Assembly: GCA_045112915.1 (NCBI GenBank)
Contig: JBGUIK010000058.1
Span: forward strand, 4,525-68,524
Origin: Lachnospiraceae bacterium
GTDB taxonomy: Bacteria; Bacillota; Clostridia; Lachnospirales; Lachnospiraceae
Direction of reading: 5' to 3'
DNA length: 64,000 bases
In this document: positions 37,697 through 47,512 of the stretch, in pieces
Layout of the letters: each line of letters opens with the position of its first letter
Position numbering within the stretch: the stretch's first letter is position 1
The notes under the pieces: model-generated
What the model was told of the DNA's origin: nothing
What the model saw: the letters and a program-made list of their open reading frames with translations, nothing else
The model's database searches: none
Translations under genes and position numbers: made by a program

Positions 37697-38173
37697 ATGA
37701 ATCCGGAAGACAAGACGGATATTTTATTTTTTGATGAGGAGATGCAGATAGCGGAGGGCAATTTGCCCCTGCTTCCGGGAATGAAATGTGCCGAGGCTGC
37801 CGCTTACGCGCCGCTTACGCTTGCATTTGTCGGAGACGCAGTCTACGAGCTGCTCGTTCGTACCATGCTGGTCAGAGAAGCCGAGAGGAGACCGAATGAG
37901 CTGAATCGTGCTTCGTCAGCCCTTGCCAGGGCAAAGGCGCAGTCGGAAGCTATGGAAGCCATTGAGCCGTGCCTCACGAAGGAGGAGGACGATGTCTACC
38001 GCCGCGGCAGGAACGCAAAATCTCATACGATGGCCAAGAACGCGACTGTGGCAGACTATCGCAGGGCTACCGGCTTTGAAGCTCTTGTCGGGTACCTGTA
38101 CCTGTCCGGGCAGATGAGAAGGCTTGTCGAGATCGTACGCATCGGAATTACATATGAACGGGAGAAAGAATAA
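37697..38173 (+). CDS. mrnC: Mini-ribonuclease III
   Basis: LAFVGDAVYE, RRGRNAK, YRRATGFEALVGYLYL; start uncertain (37655 or 37697). Confidence 0.93.
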   Translation: MNPEDKTDILFFDEEMQIAEGNLPLLPGMKCAEAAAYAPLTLAFVGDAVYELLVRTMLVREAERRPNELNRASSALARAKAQSEAMEAIEPCLTKEEDDVYRRGRNAKSHTMAKNATVADYRRATGFEALVGYLYLSGQMRRLVEIVRIGITYEREKE

Positions 38174-38177
38174 CTAT

Positions 38178-38948
38178 ATGGGTAAAAAAGAAGCAAAGAA
38201 CGATCCGGATTACATTCCGGACGCGAGGATAGAGGGAAGGAACAGCGTCATAGAGGCTTATAGGTCCGGGAGAACGATCGATAAGCTTTTCGTGCAGGAG
38301 GGCCTGCACGACGGTCCTGTGAACACGGTGCTGAGAGAGGCCAAAAAGGCCGGGACTATCATAAATTATGTGACCAAAGAGAGACTGAACGAGATGTCCG
38401 AGACGGGACATCATCAGGGTGTGATCGCTCAGGCAGCAGCATTTGAATACGCGGAAGTCGAGGACATTTTAAAGAAGGCTGAGGAGGCGGGAGAAGCGCC
38501 GTTTGTCATTGTGCTCGACGGTATTCAGGACCCGCATAATCTCGGCGCTATCATCCGTACAGCCTGTCTTGCCGGCGCGCACGGGGTCATTATCCAGAAG
38601 CGCAGAGCGGCCGGTCTCACACCGGTAGCTGTCCGCGCGTCGGCAGGTGCCGTGAACCATGTGCCTGTCGCCAGAGTCGTCAACATAGGCGCGACGATCG
38701 ACAAGCTCAAGGAAAAGGGCATCTGGTTCGTCTGTGCCGATATGGGCGGAAAAGTCATGTACGACCTGGACCTTAAGGGACCGATCGGTCTTGTCGTGGG
38801 CTCCGAGGGAGAAGGAGCCGGACGTCTGGTCAAAGAGAAGTGCGATTTTACTGCAGCCATCCCGATGAAGGGCGCGATCGACTCCCTCAACGCGTCGGTG
38901 GCAGCGGGTGTTCTGATGTATGAAATCGTAAGACAGAGAGGTATCTGA
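38178..38948 (+). CDS. rlmB: 23S rRNA Gm2251 methyltransferase (TrmH/SpoU family)
   Basis: IEGRN, HQGV, DPHNLGAIIRTA, GSEGEG, SLNASVA. Confidence 0.95.
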   Translation: MGKKEAKNDPDYIPDARIEGRNSVIEAYRSGRTIDKLFVQEGLHDGPVNTVLREAKKAGTIINYVTKERLNEMSETGHHQGVIAQAAAFEYAEVEDILKKAEEAGEAPFVIVLDGIQDPHNLGAIIRTACLAGAHGVIIQKRRAAGLTPVAVRASAGAVNHVPVARVVNIGATIDKLKEKGIWFVCADMGGKVMYDLDLKGPIGLVVGSEGEGAGRLVKEKCDFTAAIPMKGAIDSLNASVAAGVLMYEIVRQRGI

Positions 38949-38949
38949 C

Positions 38950-39549
38950 ATGCCCCAAAAGCCTCTGTCCGATGAGGATCTCATTTATGAGATCCGGGAC
39001 GGACACTCGGACTACATGGACTATCTCCTTGAAAAGTATAAGCCGCTGGTCAAGAGCCGGGCGTCTTCAAAGTTCCTGAAAGGAGGAGATCCGGATGATC
39101 TCATTCAGGAGGGCATGATCGGCCTCTATAAGGCCGTGCGGGATTACGACCCTGCCAATGAAAAGGGGGCTTCCTTCTTCACATTTGCCCAGCTATGCAT
39201 AGACCGCCAGCTTTATAAGGCGATTGAGGCCTCACAACGGCAGAAACGTTTTGCCCTGAATGACGCGGTGGCCTACGAGGAGGAGGAGCTGGAAAAATAT
39301 TCTGTGGCGGGGGACGAGAATCCGGAGCAGATTTTCCTTGATCAGGAAAATGCTGACGAGACGATCAGCCTTATTCTCGATGCCCTGAGCCGCACGGAAA
39401 AGGTGGTCTTTAACCTGATGCTTCGCGGTTACAGCTACAGGGAGATCGCGGAAATTATGGACCGGTCTCCGAAATCAATTGACAATGCGATTCAGAGAAT
39501 CAGAAAAAAGACGAGCCGGGTCAGGATGAGACAGGATCACGATGAATGA
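38950..39549 (+). CDS. sigH: SigH family sigma factor
   Basis: DDLIQEGMIGLYKAVRDY, SPKSIDNAIQRI; canonical position after rlmB. Confidence 0.9.
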   Translation: MPQKPLSDEDLIYEIRDGHSDYMDYLLEKYKPLVKSRASSKFLKGGDPDDLIQEGMIGLYKAVRDYDPANEKGASFFTFAQLCIDRQLYKAIEASQRQKRFALNDAVAYEEEELEKYSVAGDENPEQIFLDQENADETISLILDALSRTEKVVFNLMLRGYSYREIAEIMDRSPKSIDNAIQRIRKKTSRVRMRQDHDE

Positions 39550-39628
39550 TTCGCGGAGAATGAATTGTACATATTGGAGCGCAGCCTCAAATCGGCTGTC
39601 TGACCTTAAGTATAAGGAGGTTTACACA

Positions 39629-40510
39629 ATGGCAGAATTCTTTCTTAAAAATGACGAACTTGCTGTGAAGATCAGCTCACGCGGCGCTGAGATTCGTTCC
39701 GTTTGCGACAATGAGACCGGGCGCGAATACATGTGGCAGGCAGACCCGGCCTTCTGGGGATGGACTTCACCGGTACTCTTCCCGATCGTAGGCAATGTAG
39801 CCTACGACAAGTTCCGCTACGCGGGAAAGACCTATGAGATGAAGCAGCATGGATTTGCGCGGAGAAGCGAATTCGTTAAGTGCGATGTAGAGGGCGCGGA
39901 TCTGGGATTCGCTCTCTGCGACAGCGCGGACACTCTCGCCGTTTATCCGTTCAGGTTCAGACTTGAGGTCGGCTATGCTCTTTCGGGCAGGACACTCAAG
40001 GTCATCTGGAAGGTCAGGAATACAGGTGATCAGGATATGTATTTCCAGATCGGCGCGCATCCTGCCTTTAACACACCTGCCATGGGCAGCGGCGACAAAA
40101 AGAATGAGTGCTATCTCGGATTCGACACGAAGAAGACTCTTGACGTATCGATCAAGGATCTCGTACTTGGCGGTCTCACAGATGAGATCCGTCCCTATGA
40201 GCTGGATGACGGGATGCTTAGGATCACGGACGACCTTTTTGATATCGATACACTGATCGTCGAGAAGGACCAGGCTCACAAGCTGGTGCTCCTTGATCCT
40301 TGTAAGGTCCCGTTCGTCACAGTGGACTTTACAGCTCCGCTGTTCGGTGTCTGGTCCCCGAAACCGGAGGCGCCGTTCGTGTGCCTTGAGCCATGGTACG
40401 GCCGCGCTGACAAGACTTATTTTGAGGGCGAACTGCCGGAGCGCGACTATGAGCAGTGCCTGGCTTCCGGGGAGACCTTCGAGGCGTCATACACGATCAC
40501 CTTCTCATGA
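39629..40510 (+). CDS. Aldose 1-epimerase family protein (LacX-like)
   Basis: EYMWQADP, PVLFPIVG, QHGFAR, GAHPAF, FVCLEPW. Confidence 0.92.
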   Translation: MAEFFLKNDELAVKISSRGAEIRSVCDNETGREYMWQADPAFWGWTSPVLFPIVGNVAYDKFRYAGKTYEMKQHGFARRSEFVKCDVEGADLGFALCDSADTLAVYPFRFRLEVGYALSGRTLKVIWKVRNTGDQDMYFQIGAHPAFNTPAMGSGDKKNECYLGFDTKKTLDVSIKDLVLGGLTDEIRPYELDDGMLRITDDLFDIDTLIVEKDQAHKLVLLDPCKVPFVTVDFTAPLFGVWSPKPEAPFVCLEPWYGRADKTYFEGELPERDYEQCLASGETFEASYTITFS

Positions 40511-40553
40511 TAGGGAGCTGCCCTTTCATGATAAGAAGACACCATTCATGATA
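40505..40553. repeat. Three TCATGATA copies spaced 21 and 20 bp
   Basis: Copies at 40505, 40526 and 40546. Confidence 0.6.
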
Positions 40554-40686
40554 AAAAATTACCCTTAAAATGGCAGAATATTACGGACTTTAGGGCGGGG
40601 CCGCAAAAACATTTGCATCCGCCCGGTGAGCGAAGTATACTTCGGGTGTGGAAGAGATTCCACACCCTTTTTAACGCGTATAATAT

Positions 40687-40748
40687 GGCTGCCGGAACTC
40701 CTGCGGGAGACGGCAGATTGACTTAGGCACCGTTTGGTGTCTTTTTTT
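40687..40748 (+). ncRNA. Candidate short structured RNA or attenuator
   Basis: TATAAT at 40679; nested hairpin CTGCCG-CTCC/GGAG-CGGCAG; terminator GGCACC/GGTGTC-T7. Confidence 0.4.
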
Positions 40749-40852
40749 ATACTTCATCTCGCAAAATACGTGACTTTAGTCGCGAGATACGCGCTAAGTG
40801 ATACTTGTTTGAGTACCGCGCGCTTAGATATGCAACTGAAAGGAAGAGCAGC

Positions 40853-41113
40853 ATGAAGGAAAAGAGAGTTATTCAGTACACACAAAACATGGAGGAAATC
40901 CAGAGATACAGAACCATAAGGGAGCCGCAGGCCATCTACAACATTACGCATATATCCAGCGTGTGCCGGCGTGAGAGAAAGACAGACGGAGGATTTATCT
41001 GGCGCTACGAAGACGACCCGGACCCGCAGAGAATGGAAATAGATCCTGACGAGGGAAAATATTCCCGTGAGCTTCGCTTTAGAAAGAATCGCAGAAGGTA
41101 TCACTGGGAGTGA
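40853..41113 (+). CDS. Stand-alone NUMOD1/IENR1-like small DNA-binding protein
   Basis: RVIQYTQNMEEIQRYRTIRE...ITHISSVCRRERKTDGGFIWRY fits the NUMOD1 pattern; AAGGA RBS. Confidence 0.7.
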   Translation: MKEKRVIQYTQNMEEIQRYRTIREPQAIYNITHISSVCRRERKTDGGFIWRYEDDPDPQRMEIDPDEGKYSRELRFRKNRRRYHWE

Positions 41114-41441
41114 ACGAAGAGATGAGGCGTTTTTCGGTATAGATGGTGTTTGCGCCGGTTATGAGACTTCGATTGTGCCTGTCCGAATTGCATGATGCCG
41201 GGACGCATGCAGCCCTTGTGTAAAGTGAGTACTTGTCCATAAAACTGTCATCTGGTAATATACTTATCGGGGGTTCCGCAAGGAACACCCGATAAAAGGG
41301 CGATAAAATCGCCCGCATTATGATTATCGGGTTCGCGTAGCGGTTCCGATCATATATCTAATTAGTGGGGTCAGAAGACCCCGGAGTGGAACAATAAAGC
41401 CCGGAAGATGCCGGCGCTTTAGAGTGAGAGAGGAGACAGTA

Positions 41442-42719
41442 ATGGATAGATGGAATATTGAGACAAAATGTGTTCAGAGCGGTTATCGTCCTATGAACGG
41501 TGAGCCGAGAGAGGTCCCGATTTATCAGAGCACGACATTCAAGTATGACACCAGCGCGGACATGGCAAAGCTCTTTGACCTTGAGGCCAGCGGCTATTTC
41601 TACACTCGTCTGCAGAACCCGACGAATGACCTTGTAGCTGCCAAAATCGCTGCTATGGAGGGAGGCACTGCCGGCATGCTGACATCCTCTGGCCAGGCTG
41701 CCAACTTCTTCGCGATTTTTAATATTGCAAATGCAGGCGACCACATCATCTCAAGCTCCTCCATTTACGGCGGAACTTTCAACCTGTTCAATGTGACAAT
41801 GCGCAAGATGGGTATCGAGTTCACATTCGTATCCCCGGACTGCACCGAGGAAGAGCTTGAGGCTGCCTTCAGACCGAACACGAAGGCTGTCTTTGGCGAG
41901 AGCATTGCCAACCCGGCGCTCACAGTTATCGACTTTGAGAAGTTCGCGGCTGCTGCTCACGCTCACGGAGTTCCGTTCATTGTTGACAATACGTTCCCGA
42001 CCCCTGTAAACTGCCGTCCGTTCGAGTTCGGTGTCGACATTATCACACACTCAACGACTAAGTATATGGATGGTCACGGCTCTGCAGTCGGCGGGGCGAT
42101 CGTCGATTCGGGCAGATTCGACTGGATGGCCCATGCGGATAAGTTCCCGGGTCTTACGACTCCGGATGACAGCTATCACGGCATCACATATGCGGAGAAA
42201 TTCGGCAGGGAGGGCGCGTTTATCACGAAGGCGACCGCCCAGCTCATGCGCGATTTCGGATCGATCCAGGCACCGCAGAACGCGTATTATCTGAACCTTG
42301 GTCTTGAGAGCCTGCATGTCCGCATGAAGCAGCACTGCGCGAATGCTATGGCTCTGGCAGAATTCCTCAAGGCCTCCCCGAAGGCAGAATTCGTGAATTA
42401 CCCGTCGCTTCCGGGTGACAAGTACTATGACGTGGCTATGAAATACATGCCGAACGGAAGCTGCGGCGTTGTATCTTTTGGTGTCAAAGGCGGAAGAGCT
42501 GCGGCGGAAGAGTTCATGAAGAAACTCAGAATATTCGCGATCGAGACGCATGTGGCCGACGCCAGATCCTGCTGTCTGCATCCGGCCAGCAGCACACACC
42601 GTCAGCTGACAGACGAAGAGCTTGAAGCATGCGGCGTAGCCGGCAACCTTGTCAGAATGTCCTGCGGTCTTGAGAATACGGAGGATCTGATTGCTGACGT
42701 TGCAAATGCGCTCGGTTAA
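41442..42719 (+). CDS. metY: O-acetylhomoserine sulfhydrylase
   Basis: PIYQSTTF, YTRLQNPT, HSTTKYMDGHG (PLP lysine), HPASSTHRQL. Confidence 0.93.
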   Translation: MDRWNIETKCVQSGYRPMNGEPREVPIYQSTTFKYDTSADMAKLFDLEASGYFYTRLQNPTNDLVAAKIAAMEGGTAGMLTSSGQAANFFAIFNIANAGDHIISSSSIYGGTFNLFNVTMRKMGIEFTFVSPDCTEEELEAAFRPNTKAVFGESIANPALTVIDFEKFAAAAHAHGVPFIVDNTFPTPVNCRPFEFGVDIITHSTTKYMDGHGSAVGGAIVDSGRFDWMAHADKFPGLTTPDDSYHGITYAEKFGREGAFITKATAQLMRDFGSIQAPQNAYYLNLGLESLHVRMKQHCANAMALAEFLKASPKAEFVNYPSLPGDKYYDVAMKYMPNGSCGVVSFGVKGGRAAAEEFMKKLRIFAIETHVADARSCCLHPASSTHRQLTDEELEACGVAGNLVRMSCGLENTEDLIADVANALG

Positions 42720-42955
42720 GTTCAACAGTCTCCTGACTGAGATATCGGAAGGGATGAGTGTTCAATTTATTTGCGCCCGGACCTGCAACATACATGAAAT
42801 CTGCCTGAACTGTTAACAATTGCTGAAAAATGCTGAAAATATAATAAAAAATCACCAAAAATAAGTGACGATTAGTGGAAAGTGGTGTATAATATTTTCA
42901 GCTTGTACGTGAGCAAGGCCCCTAGATGGGCAAAACACTTTAGGAGGATTGTAAA

Positions 42956-43213
42956 ATGAAGTCTTTTAAGTATGTTATCACTGATCCCGTTGGTATCCAT
43001 GCACGTCCGGCAGGCGCTCTTGTCAAGGAAATCAAGAAATATGATTCCGACGTTAAGGTTCTTGCAAATGGCAAGTCAGCTGACGGCAAGAAGCTCATGA
43101 ACCTCATGTCTCTCGGCGTAAAGCAGGGCAATGAGATCGAAGTTCAGGTTTCCGGCGGCGCAGAAGAAGCCAACGCAGCAGCTCTTGAGGCATTCCTTAA
43201 GGCTAACCTTTAA
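42956..43213 (+). CDS. HPr family phosphocarrier
   Basis: GIHARPA with His15; residue 46 is Lys. Confidence 0.93.
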   Translation: MKSFKYVITDPVGIHARPAGALVKEIKKYDSDVKVLANGKSADGKKLMNLMSLGVKQGNEIEVQVSGGAEEANAAALEAFLKANL

Positions 43214-43269
43214 TTTTCAAAGTGTGCCCTGTCCGTGATGTCACGGAAATGACGGATATGGCTCAAATC

Positions 43270-43310
43270 AAAAAAAGAGGCTCCGGTGAGATATCACCGG
43301 AGCTTTTTTT
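43270..43310. terminator. Bidirectional terminator
   Basis: A7-GCTCCGGTGA/TCACCGGAGC-T7 between convergent genes. Confidence 0.85.
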
Positions 43311-43386
43311 CTGCTCAGACCCGGCAAAGCGGGTAATGTTCGAAATAGGCGCAGTTGCGGGGAGGCGAAGCCTCTTCATTTGTGCT

Positions 43387-44865
43387 TTAGTGGAAAATTT
43401 TCTTGTTCTCGTAGACCGGCTCACACGTCATCTGAACTCCGATCCTCTTCATGAGTCTGATATCGACCTGTGAAAGCATGACAGAGGAGTGAGCCTGGCA
43501 GCCGCGGAGCTTTGGGAGAGCTTCGAGCGCGGCAGCCGCGTTCGGATCCGTCGCCGCAGAAGTCGAGAGGGCGATCAGGACCTCATCTGTGTGGAGTCTC
43601 GGGTTCTTTCCGCCGAGGTAGGTCGTCTTCAGCTTCTGAATAGGAGCGATGGCTTCAGGGGTGATGATCTTGACGGAGTGCGGGATGCCGGCAAGAACTT
43701 TGAGAGCGTTGAGCAGGGCAGCAGAGGTCGGGCCGAGAAGGTCGGAAGTCTTACCTGTGACGATCGCGCCGTCCGGCAGCTCGATGGCTGTTGCTGCAGC
43801 GCCGGTCTCTTCGGCGCGCTTATGGGCATAGCCGACGACGATGCGCGCTTCCTTTTTTACGTGTGCCTGGTTCATGATGCTTTCAATCTTGTCTGCTTCT
43901 TCCTCACGTCTCGTTCCGTCGGCAAGACCCGCAAGCGCTTCATAATACCGCCGGATGATTTCCTGCTTTGAGGCTTCCCGGCAGACTTCATCATCAATAA
44001 TGCAGTTGCCGGCCATGTTTACACCCATATCTGTGGGTGACTTGTAGGAGCATTCGCCGTATATTGATTCAAAGATCGCCTGGAGTACCGGGAAGGCCTG
44101 CACATCTCTGTTATAATTGACAGTGGTCTTGCCGTAGGCTTCCAGATGGAAAGGATCGATCATATTGACGTCGTTAAGGTCGGCTGTAGCTGCCTCGTAA
44201 GCCAGATTGACCGGATGCTTAAGAGGAAGGTTCCAGATCGGGAATGTCTCGAATTTTGCGTAGCCTGCATTGATTCCGCGCTTATGGTCATGATAGAGCT
44301 GGGAGAGGCAGGTGGCCAGCTTTCCGGAACCCGGACCGGGAGCCGTCACGATGACCAGCGGTCTTGTCGTCTCAATATAATCATTCTTCCCGTAGCCCTG
44401 ATCGCTTACAATGAGAGGAATATTGTTCGGATAGCCTTTGATCATATAGTGAAGATAGACCCGGACTCCGTATTTTTCCAGATGATTCCTGAAGAGGATC
44501 GCGGCATCCTGGCCTTTAAAATGCGTGATGACGACCGAGCCTACGTAGAGACCGCAGCTCTGGAATTCGTTCATGAGGCGGAGTACATCCGTATCGTATG
44601 TGATGCCGAGATCACCCCGGACTTTATTATTTTCTATATCAGTCGCGGAGATAACGATGACGATCTCGGTCTGCTCTTTCAGCTGAAGCAGCATGCGCAG
44701 CTTGGAGTCGGGCTGGAAGCCCGGCAGAACTCTGGAAGCATGGTAATCGTCGAAGAGCTTGCCGCCGAACTCAAGATAAAGCTTGCCGCCGAACTCACTG
44801 ATCCTCTCTCTTATCATGTTAGACTGCATTTCGAGATACTTTTCATTACTGAAACCGATTTTCAT
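43387..44865 (-). CDS. DUF1846 (UPF0371) family protein
   Basis: KLYLEFGGKLFDDYHASRVLPGF, PGPGSGKLATCLSQLYH, NPRLHTDEVL. Confidence 0.92.
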   Translation of the reverse strand: MKIGFSNEKYLEMQSNMIRERISEFGGKLYLEFGGKLFDDYHASRVLPGFQPDSKLRMLLQLKEQTEIVIVISATDIENNKVRGDLGITYDTDVLRLMNEFQSCGLYVGSVVITHFKGQDAAILFRNHLEKYGVRVYLHYMIKGYPNNIPLIVSDQGYGKNDYIETTRPLVIVTAPGPGSGKLATCLSQLYHDHKRGINAGYAKFETFPIWNLPLKHPVNLAYEAATADLNDVNMIDPFHLEAYGKTTVNYNRDVQAFPVLQAIFESIYGECSYKSPTDMGVNMAGNCIIDDEVCREASKQEIIRRYYEALAGLADGTRREEEADKIESIMNQAHVKKEARIVVGYAHKRAEETGAAATAIELPDGAIVTGKTSDLLGPTSAALLNALKVLAGIPHSVKIITPEAIAPIQKLKTTYLGGKNPRLHTDEVLIALSTSAATDPNAAAALEALPKLRGCQAHSSVMLSQVDIRLMKRIGVQMTCEPVYENKKIFH

Positions 44866-45112
44866 ATTCACGCCTCCTTTGACTATCTAATCTCGCGAGA
44901 AAGACTTGAATTATAATAGCAGATTATGGGACTCATTTCCATAAAAAAATGAGCAGATAGGTCTATGCGTAAATGCCTGTCGATGCGGCATGTGAATTTA
45001 CAGAAATTTCACAACTCCTGCAGGTGCCAGACCTTGCATTATCGGATATAAATTCATATAATATAGCTTGGTTTTTAACGCACTAAAAGCGCATAGAACC
45101 GAAAGGAGTAAT

Positions 45113-47392
45113 ATGAACGATAACAATAACAAGAACAATAGCGGTGGAAACCGGAACGGGCAGTCCCTGATCATTTTTCTGGTCTGCCTCATGGTCGGCC
45201 TCATCGGTATGAGTCTTTTTTCGGGAGCGCTGGATTCCAGCACTTCAAGAGAGATAACGTACGACAAGTTCATCGACATGCTCGAGAACGATGAGATCGC
45301 AAGTGTGGAAATCTCATCTTCGAGGATCGAGATCACTCCTAAGTCGAACGGTGATGATGTCGGGGTGATCAAGTACTATACGAAGACGATCGAGGATGGG
45401 AACGCTCTTACCAAGCGTCTTGAAAAATACGGAGTGGAGTACAAGGCTGTCGAAGCCTCAATGATGTCTGAGATCATATACTCGATCCTGTCATTCCTTA
45501 TCCCATTCGTCCTCTTTATGATTATTATCAGTATCTTTATGAACCGAATGGGCCGCGGCGGCGGAATGATGGGTGTAGGCAAGAGCAGGGCCAAGACCTA
45601 CATCCAGCAGGACACAGGAGTTACCTTCCGGGATGTAGCCGGTGAGGATGAAGCCAAGGAGAGCCTTCAGGAGTGCGTTGACTTCCTGCACAACCCGGCC
45701 AAGTATTCAGAAATCGGAGCCAAGCTTCCGAAGGGAGCTCTGCTCGTCGGACCTCCCGGTACAGGCAAGACGCTTCTGGCCAAGGCTGTGGCGGGCGAAG
45801 CCCATGTACCATTCTTCTCTCTGTCAGGTTCTGAGTTTGTAGAGATGTTCGTCGGTGTCGGCGCGAGCCGTGTCCGTGACCTCTTTGAGGAGGCCAAGAA
45901 GAACGCTCCGTGCATCATTTTCATCGATGAGATCGACGCAATAGGCAAAGCGCGCGACGGCGGCCGCTACGGCGGCAATGACGAGCGCGAACAGACGCTC
46001 AACCAGCTGCTCGCTGAGATGGACGGTTTTGAGGCATCCAAGGGCCTTCTTATCATAGCCGCTACCAACAGGCCGGAGGTTCTTGACCCCGCGCTGCTGC
46101 GCCCGGGCCGTTTCGACAGGCGTGTCATCGTTGACAGGCCGGATCTCAAGGGGCGTATTGCGATTCTTAAAGTCCACTCGAAGGATGTCCTCATGGACGA
46201 CACGGTAGACCTTGATGCGATTGCCCTTGCCACAGGCGGCGCGGTCGGTTCGGATCTTGCCAATATGATCAATGAGGCAGCAATCCTGGCCGTCAAGAAC
46301 GGACGCCACCAGGTGAGCCAGAAGGACCTGCTTGAGGCAGTTGAGGTCGTTCTCGTCGGTAAGGAGAAAAAGGACCGCATCCTCAGTGTGGAAGAGAGAC
46401 GCATCGTTTCATACCATGAGATCGGTCATGCTCTTCTGTCAGCTCTTCAGAAAAATGCGGAGCCGGTGCAGAAGATCACTATCATCCCGAGGACAATGGG
46501 AGCTCTCGGTTACGTTATGAACGTGCCGGAAGAGGAGAAATACCTTAATACCAAGAAAGAACTCGAGGCTCAGATCGTCATGGCTCTCGGCGGCAGAGCG
46601 GCTGAGGAAATCGTATTTGACACTGTGACTACAGGTGCTGCAAATGATATCGAGAAGGCGACAAAGATTGCCCGCGCGATGATCACTCAGTTCGGTATGT
46701 CCGAGAAGTTCGGTCTTATCGGTCTCGTCACTCAGGAGAACCAGTATCTGGACGGCAGAACGTATCTGAACTGCGGTGACGCGACAGCGACCGAGATCGA
46801 CCATGAGGTAATGCTTATACTTAAGAAGTCGTACGCGGAGGCTCTCCGCATGCTTCGCGAGCACAGGAACACAATGGACCGCCTGGCTGAGTACCTCATC
46901 CAGAGGGAAACAATCACCGGCAAGGAGTTCATGAAGATATTCCGCGAAGTAGAAGGCATTCCGGAAACAGATGAATCTGTCCCGAGGATCGAGGGAAGAA
47001 TCACGGACAACGGCAGCAAGGCTGAAACGGACTCCGCGGCTTACGCGCCGCGCCGTGAACGCCCGGTAAATCCGGACGGAACACCGAGACGACGCCCGAG
47101 ACGGCCGATGATGAATCCGGACGGGACACCCAGACGCCGACCGGTCAGAAGACCGGCGCCGGATGCGGCAAAAAAGCAGGAGGGTACTCCGACAGACAGT
47201 GCCGGAGCGTCCGAAGGCAGTATGGATTCTGCGCCGGTTGGTGAGGAGATCTCATCCGAGAAGCAGATCATTGCCGTTCCGAATCCCGATGCACCCATGA
47301 TCGATCTGGTCACGATGGAGCCTGAAGAGAAAAAAGCAGTAGAGAGTTCGGCTGATGAGATTCCCGTAGAGAACAAGGCTGAACAGATTTAA
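45113..47392 (+). CDS. ftsH: ATP-dependent zinc metalloprotease FtsH with a long C-terminal tail
   Basis: Two TMs, [25 protein letters not shown]. Confidence 0.97.
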   Translation: MNDNNNKNNSGGNRNGQSLIIFLVCLMVGLIGMSLFSGALDSSTSREITYDKFIDMLENDEIASVEISSSRIEITPKSNGDDVGVIKYYTKTIEDGNALTKRLEKYGVEYKAVEASMMSEIIYSILSFLIPFVLFMIIISIFMNRMGRGGGMMGVGKSRAKTYIQQDTGVTFRDVAGEDEAKESLQECVDFLHNPAKYSEIGAKLPKGALLVGPPGTGKTLLAKAVAGEAHVPFFSLSGSEFVEMFVGVGASRVRDLFEEAKKNAPCIIFIDEIDAIGKARDGGRYGGNDEREQTLNQLLAEMDGFEASKGLLIIAATNRPEVLDPALLRPGRFDRRVIVDRPDLKGRIAILKVHSKDVLMDDTVDLDAIALATGGAVGSDLANMINEAAILAVKNGRHQVSQKDLLEAVEVVLVGKEKKDRILSVEERRIVSYHEIGHALLSALQKNAEPVQKITIIPRTMGALGYVMNVPEEEKYLNTKKELEAQIVMALGGRAAEEIVFDTVTTGAANDIEKATKIARAMITQFGMSEKFGLIGLVTQENQYLDGRTYLNCGDATATEIDHEVMLILKKSYAEALRMLREHRNTMDRLAEYLIQRETITGKEFMKIFREVEGIPETDESVPRIEGRITDNGSKAETDSAAYAPRRERPVNPDGTPRRRPRRPMMNPDGTPRRRPVRRPAPDAAKKQEGTPTDSAGASEGSMDSAPVGEEISSEKQIIAVPNPDAPMIDLVTMEPEEKKAVESSADEIPVENKAEQI

Positions 47393-47413
47393 TCTCTGAT
47401 AAGTATTCACCTG

Positions 47414-47512
47414 GGGGCTGTCGCATTAGACGGTGTTACCGCTATATATGGCAGACATTTGCATATAAAGTCTGCCATATATAGTGGTGGCGCGTCTTAA
47501 TGCGACAGCCCC
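47414..47512. repeat. Family B long hairpin (99 bp)
   Basis: GGGGCTGTCGCATTA/TAATGCGACAGCCCC ends and inner CTATATATGGCAGAC/GTCTGCCATATATAG. Confidence 0.85.

Noticed and set aside
40570-40660. THF riboswitch or pistol ribozyme identity for the hairpin region
   Set aside because: Only fragments resemble them (TTGCATCCGC; TAGGGC/GCCC); the other conserved core elements are absent.
40689-40716. Guanidine-IV riboswitch
   Set aside because: The CTCC/GGAG hairpin loop is TGCG rather than the conserved ACCG-type loop, and the downstream gene is unrelated.
41176-41190. Further degenerate family A arms (also near 42801 and 47620)
   Set aside because: Matches are 15 bp or less with mismatches and cannot be told from chance by eye.
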